A stretch of DNA of 64,000 nucleotides from a virus (Duplodnaviria; Caudoviricetes): positions 1 through 64,000 of IMG/VR virus record IMGVR_UViG_3300031994_000061; one strand, given 5' to 3'. The notes under the pieces were generated by a model, which was not told the origin of the DNA, made no database searches, and saw nothing but the letters and a program-made list of their open reading frames with translations. Positions 25,786 to 35,684 of this stretch are shown here, one piece after another. The position numbers were made by a program, and so were the translations under genes. The stretch's first letter is position 1; each line of letters begins with the position of its first letter.

Positions 25786-26072
25786 CTTTCAGCTGCTATA
25801 ATTTTAATAACCTTTTCATCTATGATAGAATCCATGATTTGTATGAATCTCTCCTCACATTTCTTGCACTCATGGTCTTCCATTGGACCTGTGTTGTCGA
25901 AAAAGTACGTATGACCATTTATTGTGTCAACCGTATATGAATACCCAATATCAGATTTGATATGAGTAGTAGTAGACTTACTACCTTCGTGTAAAATAAT
26001 AAGCACTACCACCGTCATAATCATGACAACACAGAATATGAATAGTATTGTTGGTGCGTTTGATTTACTCAT
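25782..26072 (-). CDS. membrane-anchored hypothetical protein
   Basis: N-terminal hydrophobic helix; INGHTY...HECKKC. Confidence 0.65.
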   Translation of the reverse strand: MSKSNAPTILFIFCVVMIMTVVVLIILHEGSKSTTTHIKSDIGYSYTVDTINGHTYFFDNTGPMEDHECKKCEERFIQIMDSIIDEKVIKIIAAER

Positions 26073-26521
26073 AATTGTTTTTCTTTAACTTCAATATACA
26101 AATGTTTAGGATACCTTCCAAGTACAAACAGTGTTACTGGGCATATCCAGAATTTCTCGTTTGGATACAGTTCGTTGTAGTAGTTTCTACCCCAGATGAA
26201 TCTATCTTTGATATTCCACTCCTCTGGAAAGTCTTCACCTACAAAGTGGTCATACTTACCATTACCGCATCTAATTGGTTTTCTACTGGCTATGACGTTC
26301 ACAACAGCAGTCTTGCCACCATCTGTAGAGTAGTGGTCGCAGAGTGTATCAGCACCAGATACCATTTCAAGGTTTCCGTGCTCAAATCCCCAGCCCCTAA
26401 AGGCATAGTACCATCTTCTTACACCAGAATCTTCCTCACAGACGAACTTGAGTCTGTAGTGTTTCCTGCGAACAAGGAAGTTACACAGGAGAACCAGGAT
26501 TGTATAAATTTTCTTAATCAT
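26069..26521 (-). CDS. DUF6717-like protein
   Basis: LEMVSGADTLCD and WICPVTLFVLGRYPKHLY motifs (family recalled from memory). Confidence 0.55.
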   Translation of the reverse strand: MIKKIYTILVLLCNFLVRRKHYRLKFVCEEDSGVRRWYYAFRGWGFEHGNLEMVSGADTLCDHYSTDGGKTAVVNVIASRKPIRCGNGKYDHFVGEDFPEEWNIKDRFIWGRNYYNELYPNEKFWICPVTLFVLGRYPKHLYIEVKEKQL

Positions 26522-26936
26522 TTTTTTGTTTCTCGAAATTATATTTTCTATTTACTGAACTAGTAACCAGTCCAAGTGAGAATTGCATCATAGTAAGTTT
26601 CTTCATGGCATCCTTAATGGTTGTTCCATGACCAGTAAGAGTTCCGTGCTTGAGAATTATTTCAAGTTTCTCATGCATATCTTTCATATCCCTTATAATA
26701 TCCTTGAGATAATAGTAGTCATCACGTTTACCGAAGTGCATTATATAGTGTCTATCAAACTGATACTGTATTTTCTCAGAGAATTCTTTAGCTTCATTAC
26801 TGTCTGGTTCAACCTTATAGGTATATTCAAACCAGTCCAGAGCATCAAAATACCATGAATCTGAAGTACTGTCAAGAAACTCTTTCGTGAAGACTCTCTC
26901 AGCGTATTCTCTTGCTATGTTAACAATTGGTTTCAT
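26514..26936 (-). CDS. hypothetical protein
   Basis: ORF track, 140 aa. Confidence 0.7.
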   Translation of the reverse strand: MKPIVNIAREYAERVFTKEFLDSTSDSWYFDALDWFEYTYKVEPDSNEAKEFSEKIQYQFDRHYIMHFGKRDDYYYLKDIIRDMKDMHEKLEIILKHGTLTGHGTTIKDAMKKLTMMQFSLGLVTSSVNRKYNFEKQKND

Positions 26937-27367
26937 AGTTCTTTCTGTAATCTCTTAAGAATTTCTACATGCAAATCCATAAGGCTGTTGAATGTCTCAA
27001 GCTTCTTCTTGGTATATTTTGCCTCTTCCCTAGTATACAACTTAAATCTCCCATCAATCTCCTTCTGTGCTTCAGTAGCAGCCTCAATAAAGGTTGTATA
27101 TATACCGTGAGAGTGGGTCATACATTCGTCACCACGATAGTACTGGTCAATGACATACTCGCCAGCAGGTTCTAGAGAATTTGGTACTTTCTCCTTGATA
27201 ATAATAGCCTCCCTGGAGTAGATATGACGTTTAATGTCTGGACCATTCGTAATGACTTCCTTTACAGTAATATCTACGATTGAGATTTCTTTTCCATTGT
27301 GGCTATAGGCGATGCAATAGAGGGTATCACCAGGTTTTACCTCATTTAATTTCTTAATATTTTCCAT
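26933..27367 (-). CDS. hypothetical protein
   Basis: ORF track, 144 aa, promoter at 27388. Confidence 0.75.
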   Translation of the reverse strand: MENIKKLNEVKPGDTLYCIAYSHNGKEISIVDITVKEVITNGPDIKRHIYSREAIIIKEKVPNSLEPAGEYVIDQYYRGDECMTHSHGIYTTFIEAATEAQKEIDGRFKLYTREEAKYTKKKLETFNSLMDLHVEILKRLQKEL

Positions 27368-27443
27368 ACTTCACTAAATTTTTGCGGCAAAGTTACAGAA
27401 AAAAATCGGAATATACAAATAATACTCCGATTTTTAACATTCT

Positions 27444-27896
27444 TTAAACTAAAGCTGCATTAGCGAATTCTTCTTCTGACATTACATCTTCTTCCTCGCT
27501 AACATCCACCGAAAGTAGTTCTATCATCGAGTTGTTGAGATAAGCATCACATTCCCTGCACCGTTTCTCAATTGCTCTGAGACTGGTTCTACGCTCATTA
27601 ATAGCTGCATTAGCAGCTCTAACACACTCAGCCTTTGTCAGTGCATACACATCAATTGAGAGTGAGATTTCATCTTCGTCTCTTTCGTTAATGTGGTAAC
27701 TCATTGATTTCCTTGGGTTGATTGCCGTAATATTGTCTGATAGGTTTACGGTAACACTAGTTGGGTATCGTATGATGCTTTCAGCCTTTAACTCTCTGAT
27801 TACCATCCCTTTCGGAAATTCATAGGGTTGTGAGTCTCTTATTGAGATTAAGTAGACTTTATCATTCACCCTAACATCGTCAAATATCTTTATCAT
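27444..27896 (-). CDS. hypothetical protein
   Basis: ORF track, 150 aa. Confidence 0.75.
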   Translation of the reverse strand: MIKIFDDVRVNDKVYLISIRDSQPYEFPKGMVIRELKAESIIRYPTSVTVNLSDNITAINPRKSMSYHINERDEDEISLSIDVYALTKAECVRAANAAINERRTSLRAIEKRCRECDAYLNNSMIELLSVDVSEEEDVMSEEEFANAALV

Positions 27897-28294
27897 TGTT
27901 CTAAAGGAATTAATTTTTTCTCTTTAAAGTCCCAAGTCTTCCCTATTTCCTTAAGTTTATTTAAAAGCAGGGCTATTTCTGAGTTATTTGCAAAATATGT
28001 ATCATATCCGTCTCCCATCATTATTGAATCATTGATATTTCTTTCTAGGTTTCCACGACTATCAATGAAATTCCACCATGAATCAACACATATGTATTTT
28101 CCTCTGGTGAAAAAGTCATTATCACCATCATAAAAACTACTGAAAATTTCCACAATCATTAATCCACGACCATCATATCTTGCAAGGAAATCTCCTTGTT
28201 TTGGGAAGTTAGCCAAATCGCCAGATTCTATAATTGACTTAATTTTTTTTCTACTTCCCTTCTCATATTTGTAACTGTCAAACACACTACTCAT
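27893..28294 (-). CDS. hypothetical protein
   Basis: ORF track, 133 aa. Confidence 0.7.
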   Translation of the reverse strand: MSSVFDSYKYEKGSRKKIKSIIESGDLANFPKQGDFLARYDGRGLMIVEIFSSFYDGDNDFFTRGKYICVDSWWNFIDSRGNLERNINDSIMMGDGYDTYFANNSEIALLLNKLKEIGKTWDFKEKKLIPLEQ

Positions 28295-28947
28295 ATCTTC
28301 AATAACTTAGCTTGTTTCCAATTTCTTGTCCAATGTTCATCAGTTTGTACATGATTAGCCCTAACATATTTACAGACGTAGTGTGGGAAGTAATCTAAGG
28401 CAAAGGAGTCAGTAATCCTCATAACTATGCCCTCCTTTTCCTTTCCATAGGTTGATGGTTGGGTCATGAGGTCTTTGATAATTTCCTCAATCTGTCTCTC
28501 AGATTCTGCCTTACACACACATAATTCTGGTACATGTGGTACTTCAAGGATAAATGATAGTTCAACGATTTCATCCCATGAATACCATCTTTCCTCATTG
28601 TGTGCTGCAAATAGGTGGAAATAGTTAAGGAGTTTATCGTATATAATCGAGTGCTCCCCAAACAGGTTTTCCCCGAAAAATTCCTCATTAAGCCCTATGA
28701 GTCCTCTAACTTTCCAGTATAACCCATCATTATCCCACAAGTTTCTTGACCAGGGACTTCTTGTTTCTGCTGAATGTGAACGGGCATAGACACCCTGTCG
28801 GCAGAGGCATGTATTTTCTCCGTCGAGTTTTTCGGTGAATACTATTGTCTTCCCACGATAGAAATCGAACCACCCATCTTTCAGTTTCTTATCATCCTTC
28901 GTTGCCCCTGGTGAGAACGGTAGATGATATGTCCTTGGATATTTCAT
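28291..28947 (-). CDS. ATP-dependent RNA ligase (Rnl2-like)
   Basis: KYPRTYHLP, TEKLDGEN (motif I KxDG), FFGEN, KEGIVMR, KYVRANH. Confidence 0.88.
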   Translation of the reverse strand: MKYPRTYHLPFSPGATKDDKKLKDGWFDFYRGKTIVFTEKLDGENTCLCRQGVYARSHSAETRSPWSRNLWDNDGLYWKVRGLIGLNEEFFGENLFGEHSIIYDKLLNYFHLFAAHNEERWYSWDEIVELSFILEVPHVPELCVCKAESERQIEEIIKDLMTQPSTYGKEKEGIVMRITDSFALDYFPHYVCKYVRANHVQTDEHWTRNWKQAKLLKI

Positions 28948-28948
28948 A

Positions 28949-29410
28949 TTATAAAAGTTCTTTACATTTCTTCATCAGATATTCATACAATTTAGGAACT
29001 CTTGACTCTGATATATCTGCAATCTTTGAGTTGAAAATGCCACCGAACGGAAACACTATTCTTTCATATTTGTTCATATCAGTTTTTATATGCTGAAAGT
29101 CAGCATCAATTACTTTCTTGAACTCTTCCAGGTCTTCATCATTCCAGCGTCCATAAATACCCTTATGCTGACTGTTATACCATCGTTGGGTAGTTATAGG
29201 GTAGGCATTATCAAGTCCTCTTATACAGGCTGATGTGACCTTTGGAAAGTGTTTTCCGACACCATACCACCTACAATACCAGTTGCTGTATGGTATTACA
29301 CCTTTACCACTATCTCTATCCGTATTGTCTGTAAAGATGTACATGGATTTGTAGTCCTTCGCAACCTCTTCACGGTTATAGAACTGCTCCGCTCTCACTA
29401 TCTTCATTGG
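28949..29410 (-). CDS. macro-domain-like phage protein
   Basis: YIFTDN...IRGLDNAYPITT motif recalled from phage macro-like families; start moved to MKIVR. Confidence 0.5.
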   Translation of the reverse strand, partial: PMKIVRAEQFYNREEVAKDYKSMYIFTDNTDRDSGKGVIPYSNWYCRWYGVGKHFPKVTSACIRGLDNAYPITTQRWYNSQHKGIYGRWNDEDLEEFKKVIDADFQHIKTDMNKYERIVFPFGGIFNSKIADISESRVPKLYEYLMKKCKELL

Positions 29411-29633
29411 TAGTTGCTTTTTCAGTTTTACCCTTCTCAATACAGAAGTTTATAAGTCCCCTCGTATTTTCAAGTATTGTCATCACAATAAACCACAATC
29501 CTATAATGGTATTGAAGGCTGGTATGAAAACCATAATAGCCTCAGCAGTGCTGACCTTGTTCTTTTCTCTTATGAACTCAGCAATGGAAAGTGCTGCACT
29601 TACAATGTATACTATTACAAAAATCCAAACCAT
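29376..29633 (-). CDS. small membrane protein
   Basis: two hydrophobic segments. Confidence 0.6.
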   Translation of the reverse strand: MVWIFVIVYIVSAALSIAEFIREKNKVSTAEAIMVFIPAFNTIIGLWFIVMTILENTRGLINFCIEKGKTEKATTNEDSESGAVL

Positions 29634-29634
29634 A

Positions 29635-29973
29635 TTATTTTCCCCATTTATTAATTATTTCACTATCAACACATATCTTGAATTCATCATCCGTCAACCA
29701 GTCAACTTTATCTGGTCTTGGGTATTCTGTAACCCCCATGAGTTCATAACACCTCTTTGGGGTTATTATGCCTTTTTCAGCTTGTAGGTGATGTATTTCA
29801 CAGAGTGAAGCACCATTATCGAGATAATACCCACCATCAGTCCATAGCTTCCTGTCCATGATGTGATGAGCATCTACAGCAGGTAAGCCACAGCCAGGAA
29901 CACAGCATTTACCACTAGTTTTGGCAAACACTTGTTTCTTGAACTCTTCCCTCGTTAATAGCGTCCTCGACAT
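29635..29973 (-). CDS. HNH endonuclease-like protein
   Basis: CCVPGC...DAHHI...DNGASLCEIHH. Confidence 0.8.
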   Translation of the reverse strand: MSRTLLTREEFKKQVFAKTSGKCCVPGCGLPAVDAHHIMDRKLWTDGGYYLDNGASLCEIHHLQAEKGIITPKRCYELMGVTEYPRPDKVDWLTDDEFKICVDSEIINKWGK

Positions 29974-30133
29974 TTTTATTAAATCTCTCTAGTGCCTTAG
30001 CTTCATCACTATTCAGACATTCTTTAATCTGATATACAAGATGAACACATTTAATCTCCTCGTTTAAGGTAGCTATATGGATACCCATTATTAGGATTAT
30101 AGCAAATTGTAAAAGTATTATTCTATTCTTCAT
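29915..30133 (-). CDS. small hypothetical protein with N-terminal hydrophobic helix
   Basis: ORF track, 72 aa. Confidence 0.5.
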   Translation of the reverse strand: MKNRIILLQFAIILIMGIHIATLNEEIKCVHLVYQIKECLNSDEAKALERFNKNVEDAINEGRVQETSVCQN

Positions 30134-31236
30134 TCTTGGTTTGTGATTACCACCCTACCATTATTGATTATATTGTCAACCATTCTATCAAGCTGACCAG
30201 CATTGTTAGCTCCTAGTAGGAATCCATGACCCATCAGATTGATATAGAATGAGTTAACCTCCAAGTCAACTATAGACGTTATTTCATCAACCTCGTTGAC
30301 ATCACCACAAAGTTTATATTCCTTGGTTGTAAGAGCACCAGGAACATCAATAAGAGCATGTCCATGAATCATGAAATTAATGTTAGGCATCCTCTCATAT
30401 ATTCTGAACTGTGCTGGAGAATCAACGGATGGTTTACCAGCACCACCACAGTACATATCACCCTTTGTATAAAGAACCATATCCTCTGAGGCGATGGACT
30501 CCTTATTGGAATTTCTTGGAGACACGAACATGCCTTCCATGTAAGTTCCATAGAGTCTTGCTGAAGGGAATAGGCTCTGGCATCTTGTGCTGACATTTCC
30601 AAAAAACCTATTCCCACAGCTTGTCATGATATGTTTCTGTAGTTTCCTATTAGTTTCAAGGAGTTTATCAATGTTATCCTTGTTACTGAGGAAGTACTCA
30701 CTTACACGATGGAGCATGAAGCCATCCTCCTTATGGGTTGTACGGATTCTCTTAGCACTCTTCGTGAATGCAACAAATGACATAATACCAGCAACCAGGA
30801 GTGGTATCTCCGTGGTATTACACCACACGTTGCCAAGGGCATCAATGAGTTCGAAATGGTAGTGAGGTTTTTCTTCGACCAATTCACTTGTTATTGCGAT
30901 AACGGCATTCCCATGCATCTTGAAGATTCGTGAAATTGCATCCATTTTGGTATAACCATCACGCATTACTTTTGAACAAATGAGGATAGTACCAGTTGCC
31001 TTCTTAGGATACTGTTTTTCCTCTTCGTTTGCAATATTTGGTATCCAGATTGCAACATCTTCGCTAATCTCCTTCGGTAACTCTGCCATAAGTCCACCAT
31101 TGACAGTCGTTGTCTGAATACACCTTGGGAATGCCCTCATTTCATGAAAGCAATTGGAAATCTTCGTTATAACGCCAGATGGCTTAACCAACGATTGCTC
31201 ATTGGCGAAATTACCGCCTACAATTAATACTTTCAT
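30130..31236 (-). CDS. class II aldolase/adducin-domain protein
   Basis: C-terminal KPSVD...IYERMP.INFMIHGH...GHGFLL metal-binding motifs. Confidence 0.75.
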   Translation of the reverse strand: MKVLIVGGNFANEQSLVKPSGVITKISNCFHEMRAFPRCIQTTTVNGGLMAELPKEISEDVAIWIPNIANEEEKQYPKKATGTILICSKVMRDGYTKMDAISRIFKMHGNAVIAITSELVEEKPHYHFELIDALGNVWCNTTEIPLLVAGIMSFVAFTKSAKRIRTTHKEDGFMLHRVSEYFLSNKDNIDKLLETNRKLQKHIMTSCGNRFFGNVSTRCQSLFPSARLYGTYMEGMFVSPRNSNKESIASEDMVLYTKGDMYCGGAGKPSVDSPAQFRIYERMPNINFMIHGHALIDVPGALTTKEYKLCGDVNEVDEITSIVDLEVNSFYINLMGHGFLLGANNAGQLDRMVDNIINNGRVVITNQE

Positions 31237-31237
31237 A

Positions 31238-32386
31238 TCAGAATCCTATTTTCTTCACTTCCTGTTTGTTAATGACATTCTCCTTATCCTTATGATAGAT
31301 GTCGGCAAGTGTCATACCTTTCTTTGCGTCTGAGACGAGTGTCTGTGTCTTTTCAAGTGACAGATTGTTGAATGTATATTTAAGTGACAACCTTCCCTTT
31401 CTGAGAAGTGCCTCGTCAATTTTGCTTTCCGCACAGTTGAATGAGCAGATGAACTTACAGTTTACAGTCTCACCAATAATGCCATCAGTAAGATTAAGGA
31501 GTGTACCCATAAATGGGTTTCCCTCTTCTCTCTTAGACAGAATTTTCTCACAGTCCTCAAGCACTACGATAGAGTTACGATATTCCAGCAAGAATGAGAT
31601 AAATGCTGAAGATGTGATATTCTTAAGAAGGCTTGAATCAATGTACAAGAACTTCTTGTCACTGATTTCACCCATCAAGTGTTTAATTAAGGATGTTTTA
31701 CCAGTTCCAGGCTTACCATTAAACAAAATGAGTTCCTTAGTTGGTGATGTAAGAAGTTCTATTATTTCCTTGTATGGAAGGTCATCGTTATAATTTTTCT
31801 CAAGGTCTATCTTCATCTTCTTAAACTCAAGTGTCTGAGTCATAAGACCGTTGGAATATCCCTGTCTAACCCACAGATAAGAAGACATTTCCTTATTGTC
31901 CAGTTCAACTTCAACAAGGCTTTCATAGATAAATTCAGCCATCCTGCCGATATTATCCTTGTTATCGGTGTATATATTTACGTTATCAAGCCTCTTAAGC
32001 TCGCTATCACCAATGGTAGAACTGTAATTCTCCATCACAATCATACCTATTTCACTGATGAACAATGCAACATTTAGTACTGGGTATGCAACGCATCCCA
32101 TTTTCTCTGCTGTGTCGATGAATGAGTAGTTTTTAGAGAATTTAGTAAACTTCTCACCTATTTTTGTATTATCAAGTGAGCGATTAATAAATTTGAGAGC
32201 ACCACCATCCTTAAGTTCCATCATTGAGAAGTGGTAAATTGGGTTGTGTTTATACACGAACGTGTAGAGCATCCTATAGTTTACCTCTGGTGCTATTCCA
32301 TGAGTATATATGATGACATCTTGACAATGTTCCATCAATACCTCATGATAGCGTCCTAGCATTGATTCTGATTGTTTTATATCCAT
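31238..32386 (-). CDS. AAA+ ATPase
   Basis: GKPGTGKT, VVLEDCE, DEALLRKGRL (SRH). Confidence 0.88.
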   Translation of the reverse strand: MDIKQSESMLGRYHEVLMEHCQDVIIYTHGIAPEVNYRMLYTFVYKHNPIYHFSMMELKDGGALKFINRSLDNTKIGEKFTKFSKNYSFIDTAEKMGCVAYPVLNVALFISEIGMIVMENYSSTIGDSELKRLDNVNIYTDNKDNIGRMAEFIYESLVEVELDNKEMSSYLWVRQGYSNGLMTQTLEFKKMKIDLEKNYNDDLPYKEIIELLTSPTKELILFNGKPGTGKTSLIKHLMGEISDKKFLYIDSSLLKNITSSAFISFLLEYRNSIVVLEDCEKILSKREEGNPFMGTLLNLTDGIIGETVNCKFICSFNCAESKIDEALLRKGRLSLKYTFNNLSLEKTQTLVSDAKKGMTLADIYHKDKENVINKQEVKKIGF

Positions 32387-32535
32387 TATTACTCTAATAA
32401 TTTATTGGGGTATACAATACACCCAGTGAATTTTCGGCAAAGATATATAAAAATTTTGGGATAAACAAGTAATCTTTATTTTTAAACGAATATTTAACAA
32501 TATTTATTAGTTGGAAAAACTATTTATAGTATAAT

Positions 32536-32931
32536 ATGGGAGTAATTAAAAACATAAAAGCTTCAATAGACGATAAGTCTTCAATGAGTGTGAACAGCAT
32601 AACCATGTTGGTATCTGCCATTATGGGTGTAATCATTGGACTTGTCATATGTTTTGTGCTTGTATATGATGTGGTTTACGATGGTAAGGTTGACACCAAC
32701 CTAACAGATATGGGTATATTTCTCCTTTGTAGTGGTGGATATATTCTAGGTAGTGGCGTTCCTAAAGCTTATGTTGATAGCAAATTAAAAACACGTTCCT
32801 GGGTTGAGAATGAAAAACTACAGATTGAAGCTGAAGAAGACCTTAATGACCTTAGAGCTGAAAGAAGACGTAAAAGGAGAGCAGCCTTAGATGATGATAA
32901 ACCAGATGAAGATTACACACCAGATGAATAA
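32536..32931 (+). CDS. putative holin / membrane protein
   Basis: two transmembrane segments and a charged C-tail; TATTTATA upstream. Confidence 0.5.
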   Translation: MGVIKNIKASIDDKSSMSVNSITMLVSAIMGVIIGLVICFVLVYDVVYDGKVDTNLTDMGIFLLCSGGYILGSGVPKAYVDSKLKTRSWVENEKLQIEAEEDLNDLRAERRRKRRAALDDDKPDEDYTPDE

Positions 32932-32953
32932 AAGAAAAAATATAAGATAAATT

Positions 32954-34342
32954 ATGAATAAGAAAGTTCTTGATTTTGTAAATAAACTAGAAGGATACAA
33001 AACAGCGATTAAGTCCCTCCATTGGGATTCTGACAGCCTGTCACAGCATGAGCTTTGTGACAAAATAGCTGATACTATAGCTGAGTTCCAGGATACAGTT
33101 TCAGAGGTTGAACAGTCAATTACTGGTAACTTGGATAAGGGTGAACTTAAGCCAGAGGAGTATAAGGTTACGACGCTGAAAAAATTCGTCGAGGATGTAT
33201 TAGATTCCGCAAACTCATTCTATAAGAGTATTGAGGATGAAGGAGACACATACACTGGTATGAGAAGTGACTGTGAGTCATTCCTATCAGATATGCAGAG
33301 GAATCTTTACCTTGTCAACTTCACCATGAAGGAAGATTTTAAGAGAAGGTTTTCAAACAGAATTAATGAGGGCTTCAGAAAGGAAGAGAATATCAAGACA
33401 ACCTTCAATGGAACTAAACCAATGACTGAAAAAGGTGTATTCAAGAGAATCAACGACCTCACCAAGAACGGTCAGCTTAATACCAGGACGTTCGGTAGTC
33501 TTAACGATGTTATGGAGTTCTATGGAAAGATTCTTGGAAACATCGGTTCTCTCAGTACAATAGAGCCTAACGAATCAACTCATATCGTACAGCTTGATGC
33601 AAACAACGGTATGACATATTTTGGTCTACTTAGAGTTAAGGATGAAGGTGGAAAGTGTAAAGCTAGTATCACATTCTCTCCTCACAGTGACGAAACACAG
33701 CAGCCAGAGCCAGAAATGAATGAACCTACGATTGAGGATGGAAACAACTATGAAATCTATGGCGAGGGTACTGCATACAGGATGACTGGTGATGAGTTTC
33801 GTAGTTTGGTGAAGGAATCTGTAATGAAAATTCTTGAGAGTGACTACCAATATAACCCAATGGATTTGAACGGCGACAGTGTGAGGGCGCAATATGCTGG
33901 TCAGATAGAGCGTGATGAGAACAAGAAGAAAAACTATCAGCTTTTCATGGATGCATTCAAGAAACTTCGTTACGAGTATGGTGTTAGAATTGGTATGAGT
34001 GGCTTCATGAAATATGTGGAAAAAGTGGAAGGCAACTCACTATATGAAAAGATTTGGGAGCATTACGGTGGTGAATACGAGGAACTTGCAGACCAATATC
34101 TACAGAATGTGGTTATGTCGGGTAAGAAGATGGAGAGTAGAGAGCCAACTAGCAACATAGTAGAGAAGTCAGACATACACATAAAGAAATCCAAGGAAGG
34201 TACATTTACAGCAGCAGCCAACAAGCATGGTGAGTCTGTACAGGGGTTTGCTTCCAAGGTATTGAATAATAAGGAAAATTACTCCCCTGCAATGGTCAAG
34301 AAGGCTAACTTTGCAAGGAATGCTAAAAACTGGAATAAATAA
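32954..34342 (+). CDS. multidomain putative virion protein with N-terminal Dps/ferritin-like domain
   Basis: LHW...HELCD...D...E Dps-like pattern; C-terminal IHIKKSKEGTFT...KKANFARNAKNW motif; internal RINE/ILES linkers. Confidence 0.65.
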   Translation: MNKKVLDFVNKLEGYKTAIKSLHWDSDSLSQHELCDKIADTIAEFQDTVSEVEQSITGNLDKGELKPEEYKVTTLKKFVEDVLDSANSFYKSIEDEGDTYTGMRSDCESFLSDMQRNLYLVNFTMKEDFKRRFSNRINEGFRKEENIKTTFNGTKPMTEKGVFKRINDLTKNGQLNTRTFGSLNDVMEFYGKILGNIGSLSTIEPNESTHIVQLDANNGMTYFGLLRVKDEGGKCKASITFSPHSDETQQPEPEMNEPTIEDGNNYEIYGEGTAYRMTGDEFRSLVKESVMKILESDYQYNPMDLNGDSVRAQYAGQIERDENKKKNYQLFMDAFKKLRYEYGVRIGMSGFMKYVEKVEGNSLYEKIWEHYGGEYEELADQYLQNVVMSGKKMESREPTSNIVEKSDIHIKKSKEGTFTAAANKHGESVQGFASKVLNNKENYSPAMVKKANFARNAKNWNK

Positions 34343-34794
34343 TGAAACAGATTATAAGGTTAACAGAGAGTGACCTTCACCAGCTTGTGAAGGAATCTGT
34401 ACAGAAGATATTGAGAGAAAGGTGGTATCCAAGTGAGGAAGATGACATATCAGACTACTCATATGGCTCTATCATGAAAATGGAAGTCGGTGGTTATCTT
34501 GATGAACTTGCTCCAGAGATTATACAAACTCTCCAGTCAGTAAAAGACGAGAATATTGAGTCAGAGCAGAGCTATGTATCGGTATTGGTTAGAAACGTAC
34601 AGCTCACACGTGATGAGCATGGGTTTGTAAACATCATAATAGAAGTTGCAGTATCAGCACCTAATATGCCTACTAACGACATTGAGGAAGAGGCTAAGGA
34701 ACAGGTATGGCTTTGGTTTGAAAACAAGACTGGTGAGAGGATAACCAATCTTTCAATAGTTGATGAAGAAGATGTTTTTGACAGAAGAGGATAA
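34342..34794 (+). CDS. putative internal head protein (MKQIIRLTESDLH leader)
   Basis: leader nearly identical to that of 45885-46166. Confidence 0.65.
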   Translation: MKQIIRLTESDLHQLVKESVQKILRERWYPSEEDDISDYSYGSIMKMEVGGYLDELAPEIIQTLQSVKDENIESEQSYVSVLVRNVQLTRDEHGFVNIIIEVAVSAPNMPTNDIEEEAKEQVWLWFENKTGERITNLSIVDEEDVFDRRG

Positions 34795-34987
34795 AAAGAA
34801 AAGAGTTAAGGTCACTCCTTAACTCTTTTTTCTTATCATTACGATTGTATTTACTTTTGTCTTTATAAGCACGGTTCATAGAAACAAATTGACCGCCACC
34901 ATAACGTTCAAGCTGTTCGTTACGGCTTATCATTCTCAGTATCTTATACTGTTCAGTGCTCTTAGTTGGTTTACTTTTTTTACACAT
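34694..34987 (-). CDS. ArfA/BrfA-like small basic protein; reading frame runs through a terminator
   Basis: SRNEQLERYG...NRAYKDKSKYNR basic motif; terminator at 34795-34834 precedes the stop at 34694; ATG 34987 overlaps the upstream stop. Confidence 0.55.
   Translation of the reverse strand: MCKKSKPTKSTEQYKILRMISRNEQLERYGGGQFVSMNRAYKDKSKYNRNDKKKELRSDLNSFLFILFCQKHLLHQLLKDWLSSHQSCFQTKAIPVP
34795..34834. terminator. bidirectional intrinsic terminator
   Basis: AAAAGAGTTAAGG-TCACT-CCTTAACTCTTTT flanked by A and T tracts. Confidence 0.88.
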
Positions 34988-35684
34988 CTTGAAATCCTCC
35001 ATCTTCTGTTAATATAAATGCTTTTCTGCAATCAAGGCAAGCCCACGTCTTTGTTATGACTGGGTGTTCTTCTTGCTGGGAATGACCGAAAACCTGGTAA
35101 ATACCATCAATATCTTCAGTATTCCCCTTTTCATTGATGTCTGACCACACCATGCTTCCAATTCTTCCCATACCACCTCTCTCACTAGAAACCTGTGTTA
35201 ATACCTCGATTCCCCTTTTAATGTCCTTGAGGTGATTTAGGTTTTCAACTGTGAGTTCTCCAATTAAGTCCTTATGTGCCTTATACCACGAGTTCAACAC
35301 ACCAGCATGTGTGAACAAGTATCTCTGCCCATTTATCATTTCCTCGTATGCCATATCAAACAGGCTCTTGTGTGAACGAAAATCCTCCTTAATGTGATAT
35401 GCATTACTTGAATCATATCTTGACCTTGTTCTGAAGTGGTCATCGTAGTAATGGAGGTCGTGGTTTCCAAGTAGGAGTATCACTTTATCTTTGTTATCCT
35501 GCTTGTATTTTATAATATCCTCGAAATTTCTTATTGCATCTTTCCTGGTTATAAATTCCCAAGGGTATGGGTCAAGGTAATCACCAAGGAATATTATTTT
35601 AGAGCACTCATCAGCGTGTTTTTCTATGGCATCTTTCCAGAATGTACGACCATGTACATCTGGGATTATTAATATTTTACTCAT
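34980..35684 (-). CDS. calcineurin-like metallophosphoesterase
   Basis: DVHG, GDYLD, GNHD, THAG, GHS. Confidence 0.9.
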   Translation of the reverse strand: MSKILIIPDVHGRTFWKDAIEKHADECSKIIFLGDYLDPYPWEFITRKDAIRNFEDIIKYKQDNKDKVILLLGNHDLHYYDDHFRTRSRYDSSNAYHIKEDFRSHKSLFDMAYEEMINGQRYLFTHAGVLNSWYKAHKDLIGELTVENLNHLKDIKRGIEVLTQVSSERGGMGRIGSMVWSDINEKGNTEDIDGIYQVFGHSQQEEHPVITKTWACLDCRKAFILTEDGGFQDV

